The translations under genes and the position numbers were made by a program. Shown one piece after another: positions 54,734 to 63,195 of a stretch of DNA of 64,000 bases. The DNA is taken from assembly GCA_963170185.1 (NCBI GenBank), contig CAUJGS010000041.1:8262-72261 (forward strand), in the 5' to 3' direction. A model generated the notes under the pieces. It searched no databases. It was not told the DNA's origin and saw only the letters and a program-made list of their open reading frames with translations. Source of the stretch: Bdellovibrionota bacterium (GTDB lineage: Bacteria > Bdellovibrionota > Bdellovibrionia > Bdellovibrionales > JAMPXM01). Positions within the stretch are counted from its first letter, which is position 1, and the number at the start of each line of letters is the position of its first letter.

Positions 54734-55066
54734 GATCGCGCGACAGCCATCCATCCAGCAGCTGCGGCTTACTTGGTAGCAGCTACGAAGAGCCGCATCG
54801 CGAGCCTCGGGCATGTTGCGGCCTCGGCCGTAGAATGGTGCTCCACGCTGGTTAACAGCTTTGCACTGAACACCGCGATAGCCTGGACGGCTTGGGCGAC
54901 CTGGACGGTAGTACAGCGAATGTGAGTCAGCAGACTCTTGACCGCCGCTTGCGAGAATCGCCATCTCTTCGAAGCTAGATGTCGAGTGATCCATCGCCAT
55001 TGCTGGAAGAGCAAATCCTGACGAGATGAGAAGTGCCGAGCCCACCGAGAAAACCATACGACGCAT
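54731..55066 (-). CDS. small secreted Cys-containing protein (DUF4189-like?)
   Basis: SD AAGGGGG before ATG 55066. Signal peptide MRRMVFSVGSALLISSGFALPAMA. C-terminal ARDAALRSCYQVSRSCWMDGC. Confidence 0.6.
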   Translation of the reverse strand: MRRMVFSVGSALLISSGFALPAMAMDHSTSSFEEMAILASGGQESADSHSLYYRPGRPSRPGYRGVQCKAVNQRGAPFYGRGRNMPEARDAALRSCYQVSRSCWMDGCRAI

Positions 55067-55402
55067 ACGTGCCCCCTTAGTATGTGGTGAAGGTGCCTTG
55101 GCCTGTCTTGGTGTCAGACTGGCTATCGACACAGCGTGTTTTCGTACTCGAAAAGCGCATGCTAGGTCGAGGGGCAAGATCCGGACCATTTGAAAATGGA
55201 TTTTATTCGCCGTTTTTCTGGGGGATCGTGACACCGGTGGCAAGAAGTCCTGGTTTGAGTCGAATCTGTGCTGCAGCTCGTCTTGGACTGAGACGGACTG
55301 TCGAATGGCGCTCACAATCGGTTTCTCGGGCAAAAGCGGGGGTATCTTGGATTTCAGAAGAGAAACGTTCCGATGAGAACTAATTCGACGAGCGAGGTTT
55401 CG

Positions 55403-55690
55403 ATGTTTCAGATGAAAGAATCAGCAACAGGTTATCAGCAGTTTGAACGCCAACTAGCACGTCGACTTGCGCGAAAGGCCCATCGTACTTCGCAAAGCCA
55501 AGCGAAACAGGCTTTGCGAAGTGCCTTGATGGTCATCGTCGCGCTGGGCATGGGGTTTCTTTCCGCGTGCTCGAACGTTCGAGAAGAGGTCGTCGCGGGG
55601 AAAATCGAGGCGCAAGAGAAAAAAGAGCGCACTTACGTTGGAACTGCGAAAACTCGCTCGATCTGGGCGATTGAGGTCAGTCGCAACTAA
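55403..55690 (+). CDS. doubtful small ORF with an internal hydrophobic segment
   Basis: MFQMKES... with LMVIVALGMGFLSACSN about 45 aa from the start. No clear SD. Confidence 0.3.
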   Translation: MFQMKESATGYQQFERQLARRLARKAHRTSQSQAKQALRSALMVIVALGMGFLSACSNVREEVVAGKIEAQEKKERTYVGTAKTRSIWAIEVSRN

Positions 55691-55728
55691 TTGACTCGCT
55701 ACCGTTTCTGCGAAATTCAAGAGAGATC

Positions 55729-57033
55729 ATGGAAAGATCCTCCGCTTTTTTTCATACACTTTTGGTTCTCGTACTTTTTTTGCCGGTAACGGCGCCGGCT
55801 TTTGAGATCGACTCGGAATATCGGTCGATCGCGACAGAGCGCGGATATGCGGGGCTGCTTGAGTCACTATCGCCGAAACCCCTTGATAGCGAGTATCAAT
55901 CTGACATTTTAACTTATAGCGATTCGCCATTCTCGTTGCTTGCGAGTTCCGATATTTCTCCGGGAAACTTCGCGGCGGGCCAAGAGCGCGTCGCCGGGAT
56001 TTTCTCGACCTCGGCGGGGAGTTTGTCTGCAACCCAGTTTGATTTTCGCCTTCGAGCGAAATTTGCCAGAGCCCTAAGCGACAGTCTGCGCTTTGTGTAC
56101 TTGCGTTCGGAACACGAAAACTATGAAGAACAAGCGTCGGCATCGTTTGTCGAGCTCCAGTATCAGATTGCGGGAAGCCGACTTTGGTTGGCGGCTTACG
56201 GAAGCCTTGCACGTATGAAACGAGAAGATGACGTGGGCTTTGCGGCAATATGGCGAGATCCAAGCGAGGTTTTACGGCGCGAGCATCGCCTCTATGTGAC
56301 GTTTCCCGACTTCACACGTTCCGAACGAAACGATGCCGGAGATCGTTTTCAAAGTGGTCCGACGGTTATCGGTTGGAAGTTTGAAAGCCAAAATGCTTCG
56401 GGTGTCTACCGTTCGTCGGAAGTTCGTCGCGAGTCCGACGTTGATTGGCGCGATAGCGCATCGGGCATAGAATACGGAACGACGATGGCCTCGTTCAAAC
56501 GTGTCACTGATCGGTCGTCATTTCGGGCGCAGCTAGATCGCAAACGAATTGTCAAAAACACATTTGACGCTCTCGGTGTCGTCTCGGCGAGAGAGGGGCT
56601 TATACGCGAGCGTGAACAGCTCGAGTACCGTCGTCGAACGATGACTCAGGAGTTTGAAGGCGGCGTTGCTTGGGTAGCTAGGCGTTGGGAAGACGTCGTC
56701 GGGCGTAAGCTCATGCACGAAAACCTCATGTTCTTTTTTGATTGGCGGCCTTTGCCGGTTTTGAGCGATGACCCGGCTATGTGGCGACCGCAGCCAGGTC
56801 CCGAGCTAGGGCTTGAGGCCACACGTTTTGCCAAGCATGGCGATGCGAGTCTCGGTTCGCCAACGACACGTGATCTGGCCTGGGAGTCACGTTTGAACAC
56901 GCGTTATCGTTGGGCGTTTAGTCGCGATGAAGAAACCATCGCGGAGCTAGCGGTGGCGCTCACGTTTGATCTGGATCGTGCCGAAGGTGGCCTCTTTGAG
57001 GGCGGCCACGGGCAGTTTCTTATGAGATTTTAG
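55729..57033 (+). CDS. putative outer-membrane beta-barrel protein
   Basis: Signal peptide MERSSAFFHTLLVLVLFLPVTAPA. The C-terminus ends ...GGHGQFLMRF (terminal aromatic residue typical of OMPs). Confidence 0.6.
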   Translation: MERSSAFFHTLLVLVLFLPVTAPAFEIDSEYRSIATERGYAGLLESLSPKPLDSEYQSDILTYSDSPFSLLASSDISPGNFAAGQERVAGIFSTSAGSLSATQFDFRLRAKFARALSDSLRFVYLRSEHENYEEQASASFVELQYQIAGSRLWLAAYGSLARMKREDDVGFAAIWRDPSEVLRREHRLYVTFPDFTRSERNDAGDRFQSGPTVIGWKFESQNASGVYRSSEVRRESDVDWRDSASGIEYGTTMASFKRVTDRSSFRAQLDRKRIVKNTFDALGVVSAREGLIREREQLEYRRRTMTQEFEGGVAWVARRWEDVVGRKLMHENLMFFFDWRPLPVLSDDPAMWRPQPGPELGLEATRFAKHGDASLGSPTTRDLAWESRLNTRYRWAFSRDEETIAELAVALTFDLDRAEGGLFEGGHGQFLMRF

Positions 57034-57061
57034 CAGCGCCGTTTTGGCCGCAGGCGCGATC

Positions 57062-57898
57062 TCAGCGCTGGTGTTCGGCCCACTTGGCTTCGGCGCGCTC
57101 GATGAGTTCTTTGTCGCTGGCGACGTAGTTCCACTTCATGTGGCGAGGAGCATCTAGCGGGTCGCCACCAAAGATCGCCAAGCGTGCACCGGGTGCAAGC
57201 TCCACTTCGACAACCGATTTTTCGCCTTCGGCTTGATCGAGCACCAGGAGCTGTCCAGGGAGGAAGTGGCCGTGCGGTTCGATGGTCGCCGAGCCTTCGC
57301 AGACGTAGAGTCCTGTTTCTCGTTCATTGAGTTCAAGTGTGATGCGATGAACGTGTGAGCTTGCGGAATCGATCACGGCAAAAAGTGCTCGAGAGGGGAA
57401 CTCGGCCTTTGATTTATGGTCTCTGAATTCGCCCAAGAGAACTTGTCCGACGACGTCACGCGCGACGGTCCACATAGGTAGTTCAAGCCCTTCGCAGTGT
57501 TGAAACTTCGGCGCGCATTCTTCCTCTTCAAGCGGAAGAGCGATCCAGAACTGAAGTCCGTGCACTTCGTTGGTGAGGCCTTGTTCGATGTGCGTGATCC
57601 ACTCGCCGGCGGTCATGAGGTTGAGTTCACGTTCGCGAATGACCTGCTCGGTGCCAAGCGAGTCCTTGTGCAAGATCTCGCCTTCAAAGAGATAGGTCGC
57701 CGTCGCAAGACCAATGTGGGGATGCTCGGAAACGAACATGGGCTGCTCGGTTTCAATCGGTCCGATATGGTCGAGAAAAACAAACGGCCCGACATGGCGT
57801 CGGACTTGAACATCTCCCTCGCCAGTGCCTTTGGCAAAGGGGAGAACGCGTCGGATGATGAGGCCACCTAGGTCATGTTGTCGGGCATTGATAATCAT
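57062..57898 (-). CDS. pirin family protein
   Basis: GPFVFLDHIGP, EHPHIGLATATYLFEGEILHKDSLG, LMTAGEWITHIE, QFWIALP. Confidence 0.85.
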   Translation of the reverse strand: MIINARQHDLGGLIIRRVLPFAKGTGEGDVQVRRHVGPFVFLDHIGPIETEQPMFVSEHPHIGLATATYLFEGEILHKDSLGTEQVIRERELNLMTAGEWITHIEQGLTNEVHGLQFWIALPLEEEECAPKFQHCEGLELPMWTVARDVVGQVLLGEFRDHKSKAEFPSRALFAVIDSASSHVHRITLELNERETGLYVCEGSATIEPHGHFLPGQLLVLDQAEGEKSVVEVELAPGARLAIFGGDPLDAPRHMKWNYVASDKELIERAEAKWAEHQR

Positions 57899-58001
57899 AG
57901 TCCTAAGTTCTAGCTCCAATTTGGAACTAGAGTCACGCTTTGGCTGATCATAAAATAAGTCATTTTGTCTTAGTCATGAAAACCTATTTAACTGGATACA
58001 T

Positions 58002-59096
58002 ATGACAAACCAAAACTACGTCATCCGCACCGAAGCGCTTACCAAATCTTTTCGTCGTCCTCAAAAAGCGACGACGCTTGTCGATCGTCTCAATCCATTT
58101 CGTTCGAGCATGGAAGAGATGGTGGCGCTTAAACCGCTAAGCCTTGAGGTCAAACGTGGTGAGTCGCTAGCGTTTATCGGACCCAATGGAGCAGGCAAGT
58201 CGACGACGATTAAAATTCTGACTGGAATTTTACATCCGACCTCGGGCGAAGCCAGCGTATTGGGGCTTGTGCCATGGCGCGATCGCGTGAAGCTTGCGTA
58301 CCGCATCGGCTCGGTGTTTGGGCAAAAGTCTCAGCTCTGGTTGCACTTGCCGCCGGTGGATACGTTCGAACTTTTGTCGCGTGTTTATGAGCTCAATCGC
58401 GCGAAGTTTCAAGCGCGCCGTGACGAATTGATTCGTCTATTTGAGATCGACGATTACAAAAATGTTCCGGTTCGAAAGCTTTCTTTGGGGCAACGCATGC
58501 GATGTGAAATCGCCGCGAGCCTGCTTCACGAACCAGAGATTTTGTTTTTGGATGAGCCGACGATTGGTCTTGATCCGGTCGCCAAAGCGAGCATTCGCGA
58601 CTTGATTCGCCGTGCGAATCAGGAAACAGGTGTGACAGTGTTTCTGACGTCGCACGACGCGGGCGATATCGAAAGTCTTTGCAAGCGAACCGTGATTATT
58701 AACCAAGGGACTTCGGTTTTCGACGGGTCCACCAATAGCCTTCGTCGCGATTGGCTGAAACGCAAAGAGATCGATCTCAAGCTTCGTCGCGAAATCGGCT
58801 CGGAAAGCGAACTGCGTTTGCGGCTAAATGAACTCGGACTAGGTGAAGCAAACGGGGTTCAGCTGATCAAGGCAAAGGGTTACGGACTGAAGTTCGCGGT
58901 TGAGACCGAGAAGATGGGGATGGACCGTGTCGTGGGAGGTCTTTTGAGCGCTTATGATGTCGAAGACATCGTGATCGCGGCGGCTCCGTTGGAAGAGATT
59001 ATCGCGACCATCTACCGAGACCGCAGTGGCAGAGACCGTGAGGAGGGGCAAAATCGCCCGCTCGGCGCGCGCGAAACCGAGAGGGGCGATTTATGA
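58002..59096 (+). CDS. ABC transporter ATP-binding protein (COG4586-like)
   Basis: Walker A GPNGAGKST, signature LSLGQRMRCEIAASL, Walker B ILFLDEPTIGLD, plus a C-terminal extension. Confidence 0.9.
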   Translation: MTNQNYVIRTEALTKSFRRPQKATTLVDRLNPFRSSMEEMVALKPLSLEVKRGESLAFIGPNGAGKSTTIKILTGILHPTSGEASVLGLVPWRDRVKLAYRIGSVFGQKSQLWLHLPPVDTFELLSRVYELNRAKFQARRDELIRLFEIDDYKNVPVRKLSLGQRMRCEIAASLLHEPEILFLDEPTIGLDPVAKASIRDLIRRANQETGVTVFLTSHDAGDIESLCKRTVIINQGTSVFDGSTNSLRRDWLKRKEIDLKLRREIGSESELRLRLNELGLGEANGVQLIKAKGYGLKFAVETEKMGMDRVVGGLLSAYDVEDIVIAAAPLEEIIATIYRDRSGRDREEGQNRPLGARETERGDL

Positions 59097-59941
59097 TCGC
59101 ATCGCGTGGAGCCCCCTCGCTGACATCGGAGATCACGAAGCTTGTGGCGATTGCGCAGATCACACTGCGCTCGCGGTTTCGCTATCTTTGGGACATGATC
59201 GGATCGACGTTGTTCTTGGCGGTCGTGATGTTTGTTTTCGTCCGCCTGTGGACGGTGACGTATCAGTCAAGCGCTGGTGCTGGCGGCAACGTGAAAGACG
59301 TGGCGCTGGCCGGGTTTTCTCTGGCGCAGATGATTTGGTACTTGGTCGCAACTGAAACCATCATCATGTCCATGACGCCGATTCATCGACTCATCGAACG
59401 CGAGATTCGCGACGGTGATGTCGCGATTCGCCTGAACAAACCCTATAGTTTTTTGGGGTTTCACTGGAGCGTTTTCCTAGGGGAAGGATTGCTTAAGGCC
59501 TGTATCTTGATTGCGGTCGGCGGAGTCGTTGCCGCGATCATGGTGGGTGGCGTGTCGTTCTCTTTGGGCAGTGTTCCAGCTTTGGTGCTCACCTTTATTC
59601 TGACTTCGACGCTCAACTTTTTCTTTGGCGCGATGATAGGCCTTTTGGCGTTTTGGACCGAAGATGTAACGGGGTTTTATTTCATCTTTGACAGGGTGAA
59701 GTGGCTCTTGGGTGGTTTTTTAATGCCGATCACGCTGTTTCCGGAATGGCTTTTGAGTGTGGTCGAGTGGCTTCCGTTTTCGCTGATGATCTATCAGCCG
59801 GCGCGCTTGGCCGTGCAGTTTGATTGGAACGTATGGGCCGAACTCGCAATGAAGCAGCTAGGGTTGATTCTGGTGTTGGGTTTTTTGGCGCAAAGCATGT
59901 ATCGCTTGGGTGTGCGTCGTCTCGACGTGAACGGGGGATAG
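59093..59941 (+). CDS. ABC-2 family permease (COG4587-like)
   Basis: Six hydrophobic helices. ATGA overlap with the ATPase gene. Confidence 0.75.
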   Translation: MIASRGAPSLTSEITKLVAIAQITLRSRFRYLWDMIGSTLFLAVVMFVFVRLWTVTYQSSAGAGGNVKDVALAGFSLAQMIWYLVATETIIMSMTPIHRLIEREIRDGDVAIRLNKPYSFLGFHWSVFLGEGLLKACILIAVGGVVAAIMVGGVSFSLGSVPALVLTFILTSTLNFFFGAMIGLLAFWTEDVTGFYFIFDRVKWLLGGFLMPITLFPEWLLSVVEWLPFSLMIYQPARLAVQFDWNVWAELAMKQLGLILVLGFLAQSMYRLGVRRLDVNGG

Positions 59942-59945
59942 TCGG

Positions 59946-60722
59946 ATGTTGAGATTTTTAGCCGCGATGATGCGAACGGGTTTTGCTTCAGCGATTGAAT
60001 ATCGTTCGAGCTTTTTCACGCAAGTTTTTGGGATGATGATCAACGACTCGTTGTGGGTCACGTTTTGGATGCTCTATTTTCAGAAGTTCCCGGTTTTAAA
60101 TGGCTGGGAGAAAGAGGATCTCTTTGTGCTCTGGGCGGTGATCACGTTTTCGTTTGGAATCGCGTTTGGCTTGTTCGCGCAAGCCCTACGTTTGTCCGAG
60201 CTGATTGCGCAAGGGCAGCTTGATTATTACTTGGCGCTGCCAAAAAATGTGCTCCTGCATATTCTTGTTGGGCAAATCCGTCCGGCGAACTTGGGTGACT
60301 TGTTTTTCGGTCCGACGTTGCTATTTTTCTTTGTCGATATGACACCGGAAAAATGGTGGTGGTTTCTCGTTGGCGGAGTCTTGGGTGGCTTGGTTTATCT
60401 GGCGTTTTTTGTGATGGCCGGGTCGCTTGCGTTTTATATGGGGTCAAGCGAGGGGATTTCCAGTGGGATCGGGAATGCTCTGATTCACTTTTCGACTTAT
60501 CCGACTCGGATATTCGATGGTTGGACACGCGTGGTTTTGTTTACTTTGATTCCTGCCGGATTCATCGCCGAGGTGCCGGTGGAGCTGGTCCGACGGTTCC
60601 AATGGGGCGATCTCGGGATTTTGGTGGTCGGAACTGCCGCTTTTTCGAGCTTTGCATGGTTCCTCTTTCACCGGGGTTTACGCCGCTACGAATCTGGAAA
60701 CCTCATCGTGATGCGCTCCTAG
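59946..60722 (+). CDS. ABC-2 family permease (COG3694-like)
   Basis: Six hydrophobic helices. Starts 4 nt after the previous stop. Confidence 0.75.
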   Translation: MLRFLAAMMRTGFASAIEYRSSFFTQVFGMMINDSLWVTFWMLYFQKFPVLNGWEKEDLFVLWAVITFSFGIAFGLFAQALRLSELIAQGQLDYYLALPKNVLLHILVGQIRPANLGDLFFGPTLLFFFVDMTPEKWWWFLVGGVLGGLVYLAFFVMAGSLAFYMGSSEGISSGIGNALIHFSTYPTRIFDGWTRVVLFTLIPAGFIAEVPVELVRRFQWGDLGILVVGTAAFSSFAWFLFHRGLRRYESGNLIVMRS

Positions 60723-60787
60723 GTGGATTCGTGTTCCTCTAGGATGAGAGTGACAACGCTGGCCGGGATGTTAAACTCGTTCTCGTT

Positions 60788-61600
60788 ATGGGATCTCAGT
60801 TACAACCGGCAGTTTTCATCGGGCACGGTAGCCCGATGAATGCGATTTCAGAAAACACCTACACGGCCACGCTCCGCGAGTGGGGCGATAGGCTTCGTGC
60901 AAAAAAGCCGCGCGCTGTGGTTGCCTTTTCGGCGCATTGGGAGACGGAAGACTTCCAAGTTCTTGCCGCGACGGAACCGCGTACGATTCACGACTTCTAT
61001 GGATTTCCACGAGCGCTATTTGAAGTTCGATATGCGGCAAAAGGTGATCTGGCATTGGCCGCGCGTGTGGCGGATATTTTAAAACACGAACCGGCTTCTT
61101 TGACTCAGCAATGGGGGTTGGATCACGGCGTTTGGTCGGTGATGAGGCATCTCTGGCCCAATGCCGATATTCCGATTGTGCCAGTGTCATTGTCGCGCCG
61201 TCTCGATCCGGAAAGTCACATTCGTGCTGGGCGCCTGCTTCGCGAGCTTCGAAGCGACGGCGTTTTACTTCTGGGAAGCGGAAACATCGTCCACAACCTT
61301 CGCGAGATGAGTCGCGAAGCCGATGCGTCGCCTGCGAATTGGAATGTCGAGTTTGATAAGCGAGTCGCGGCGGCCCTTGAGGCCAGGGACGAGAAGTTTT
61401 TAGCGGGCGCTAGTCGCTCGGGCGAATTCGCCGCGCGTAAGGCAATTCCAACTCGTGAGCACTTTATGCCGCTACTTCCGATTTACGGCGCAAGTTTTGG
61501 CCCCGGCGAAGGTGGCTCGAGTGGCGAGAGGCCTGAGTTTTTTGCGACGGAATACCATCACGGAACGCTCGCTATGCGATCCGTCGCGTACGGGGCGTGA
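60788..61600 (+). CDS. class III extradiol dioxygenase (4,5-DOPA dioxygenase / YgiD-like)
   Basis: AVFIGHGSPMNA, FSAHWET, WGLDHGVWSV, GSGNIVHNL. Confidence 0.85.
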   Translation: MGSQLQPAVFIGHGSPMNAISENTYTATLREWGDRLRAKKPRAVVAFSAHWETEDFQVLAATEPRTIHDFYGFPRALFEVRYAAKGDLALAARVADILKHEPASLTQQWGLDHGVWSVMRHLWPNADIPIVPVSLSRRLDPESHIRAGRLLRELRSDGVLLLGSGNIVHNLREMSREADASPANWNVEFDKRVAAALEARDEKFLAGASRSGEFAARKAIPTREHFMPLLPIYGASFGPGEGGSSGERPEFFATEYHHGTLAMRSVAYGA

Positions 61601-61601
61601 C

Positions 61602-62057
61602 GTGAGCGGCGCTGCGATAAAGGGCCCGATCTTTGTTGTCGCCGCGGTCATTCGAAATTCTCTTGGGCAAGTTCTCTTGGCAAGGCGGCCGACTTCGCAT
61701 CCGATTGCGGGTGGTTTGTGGGAGTTCCCTGGCGGCAAAGTCGAACCGGGTGAAAAGCCTGAAGACGCACTCATTCGTGAAATTCAAGAAGAGCTCGGTG
61801 TCACGATCGTAGTTGCACGTTCGCGTGGACAAGACGGTCTCTTAGGCCTGGCCTCACACGTTTATCCGGGCGCGGGCGATTCGCCGAATGTGCATATTCT
61901 GCTTGCTGGGTATCACGCCGATCTTGCGGCTGGTGACGAGGCAAAGATTCGTCTAAGCGATGTCGCTGAAGTGAAGTGGATTTTCGCGCACGAACTTCCC
62001 GATTCTGCCGAATTCGCGCCGGCCGACATTCCGTTTTTACCGCTGATTTTTAGCTAG
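61602..62057 (+). CDS. NUDIX hydrolase (MutT-like)
   Basis: GTG 61602 lies just after the upstream stop. Nudix box GGLWEFPGGKVEPGEKPEDALIREIQEELGV. Confidence 0.8.
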   Translation: MSGAAIKGPIFVVAAVIRNSLGQVLLARRPTSHPIAGGLWEFPGGKVEPGEKPEDALIREIQEELGVTIVVARSRGQDGLLGLASHVYPGAGDSPNVHILLAGYHADLAAGDEAKIRLSDVAEVKWIFAHELPDSAEFAPADIPFLPLIFS

Positions 62058-62103
62058 CTTGCAATTCGAATATTGCCCACGGCAGGGCGAGATCGAAAAT
62101 TGT

Positions 62104-62131
62104 CGACTGGCGACTGGCGACTGGCGACTGG
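62104..62131. repeat. 4 x 7-bp perfect tandem repeat (CGACTGG)
   Basis: cgactgg cgactgg cgactgg cgactgg lies between the convergent MutT-like and RAYT-like genes. Confidence 0.95.
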
Positions 62132-62165
62132 CAGGTGGCGGCTGCATTCGGAGTTCGGCACGCCA

Positions 62166-62942
62166 TCATATTCGTGACTCGGGTTTTCTTGGGTCGGATC
62201 TTTTTAGGTCGGATATTCTTAGCACTGGTCTTCGCGTCTTGCTTTCTAGCCAAGCCCGCGCCTCTAGGCGACTGACGCCGAAACCTTCGAGTTGGTTGAT
62301 GCGAACATAATCGCGCATGTTGAGAACCGCGCGCCAGCTCTCGATGATTCTCGTGAATGGGCGGTAGTCCCAAAACTGCAACTTGGCTGACCCGACATTT
62401 CTCGACTGGTTGTTTTGCCAGCGCGTGCGTCCGGTTACAGCTTGTGCGATGGCGCCGGTTACGGCTCGGATGAACCCGGCGTAGGAATGGCGATTTCCAA
62501 GTTTGATGTGAAGATGCAGATGATTTCCGACGTTGGCCATCGACAAGATACGCACGCCGTTTTTGAGCGCAAATCGTTTGATGATGGCCCCCACGCGGTT
62601 GCGATTCTTCGGGTGGCGGAACGACCATTCTCCCTTTGCTTTTGTCGAGCGCAGCACGAGGTGCATGCTGTGCCTTGTTGCGAGCGGCCTGGCTGTAGAG
62701 CGGCCCTCGCGAGTGTTGCGAAGCTCGCCACCATACGCACTTCTTTGTCGTTTTATCAGGGTCAGTTGCGGCGAACGTGTAGCTGGCCGCGTGACCGGCT
62801 GTGTAGCTGGCCGTGCGAATGGCCGTGCAACTGATGGCGGCCGCGTAGCTGGCGGTGGCTGTGTAGCCAAGGAGGATGTTGGTCGGTCTTTCACTCGTTT
62901 TGACTGCGGGATTGAGCGGGTAGCGGCTTTTCCTGATCGCAT
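62166..62942 (-). CDS. IS200/IS605-type Y1 (HUH) transposase-like protein, RAYT-like, copy 2
   Basis: Same motifs as copy 1 (NHLHLHIK, RDYVRINQ). About three quarters identical to copy 1 by hand alignment over the core. Has an extra Pro/Thr/Arg/Ala-rich N-terminal ~45 aa. Confidence 0.6.
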   Translation of the reverse strand: MRSGKAATRSIPQSKRVKDRPTSSLATQPPPATRPPSVARPFARPATQPVTRPATRSPQLTLIKRQRSAYGGELRNTREGRSTARPLATRHSMHLVLRSTKAKGEWSFRHPKNRNRVGAIIKRFALKNGVRILSMANVGNHLHLHIKLGNRHSYAGFIRAVTGAIAQAVTGRTRWQNNQSRNVGSAKLQFWDYRPFTRIIESWRAVLNMRDYVRINQLEGFGVSRLEARAWLESKTRRPVLRISDLKRSDPRKPESRI

Positions 62943-62948
62943 CCGCGA

Positions 62949-62977
62949 AATATATGTGACCGATGGTAGAGAGTCAA
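62949..62977 (-). promoter_or_regulatory. putative sigma70 promoter of RAYT-like copy 2 (leaderless geometry)
   Basis: Minus strand reads TTGACT (62977-62972), 17 nt, TATATT (62954-62949). ATG 62942 begins 7 nt after the -10 hexamer. Confidence 0.45.
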
Positions 62978-63120
62978 TGAAAAAGCAATGTCTGACGATA
63001 GGGAAAGTGAGTGGCGGAGAAGGGGAGGGCGCCGAGTCGTATGGAGACGGTTATGGAGGAGGGTATAGAGGAGGGTATGGAGACGCTTGCAGAGGTGCTG
63101 GCGGAGAGGGCTATGGAAAT

Positions 63121-63165
63121 GGTTGCGGAGGAGGTGATGGTTGCGGAGGAGGTGATGGAGGTGAT
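63121..63165 (+). repeat. 18-bp tandem repeat (GGTTGCGGAGGAGGTGAT x2 plus a half unit) inside a G-rich tract
   Basis: 63121-63138 and 63139-63156 are identical, followed by GGAGGTGAT. The surrounding 62990-63190 is strongly purine/G-rich on the plus strand. Confidence 0.9.
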
Positions 63166-63195
63166 GGACCGGCTGTTGCGGGGGGGGCGTGAGGA

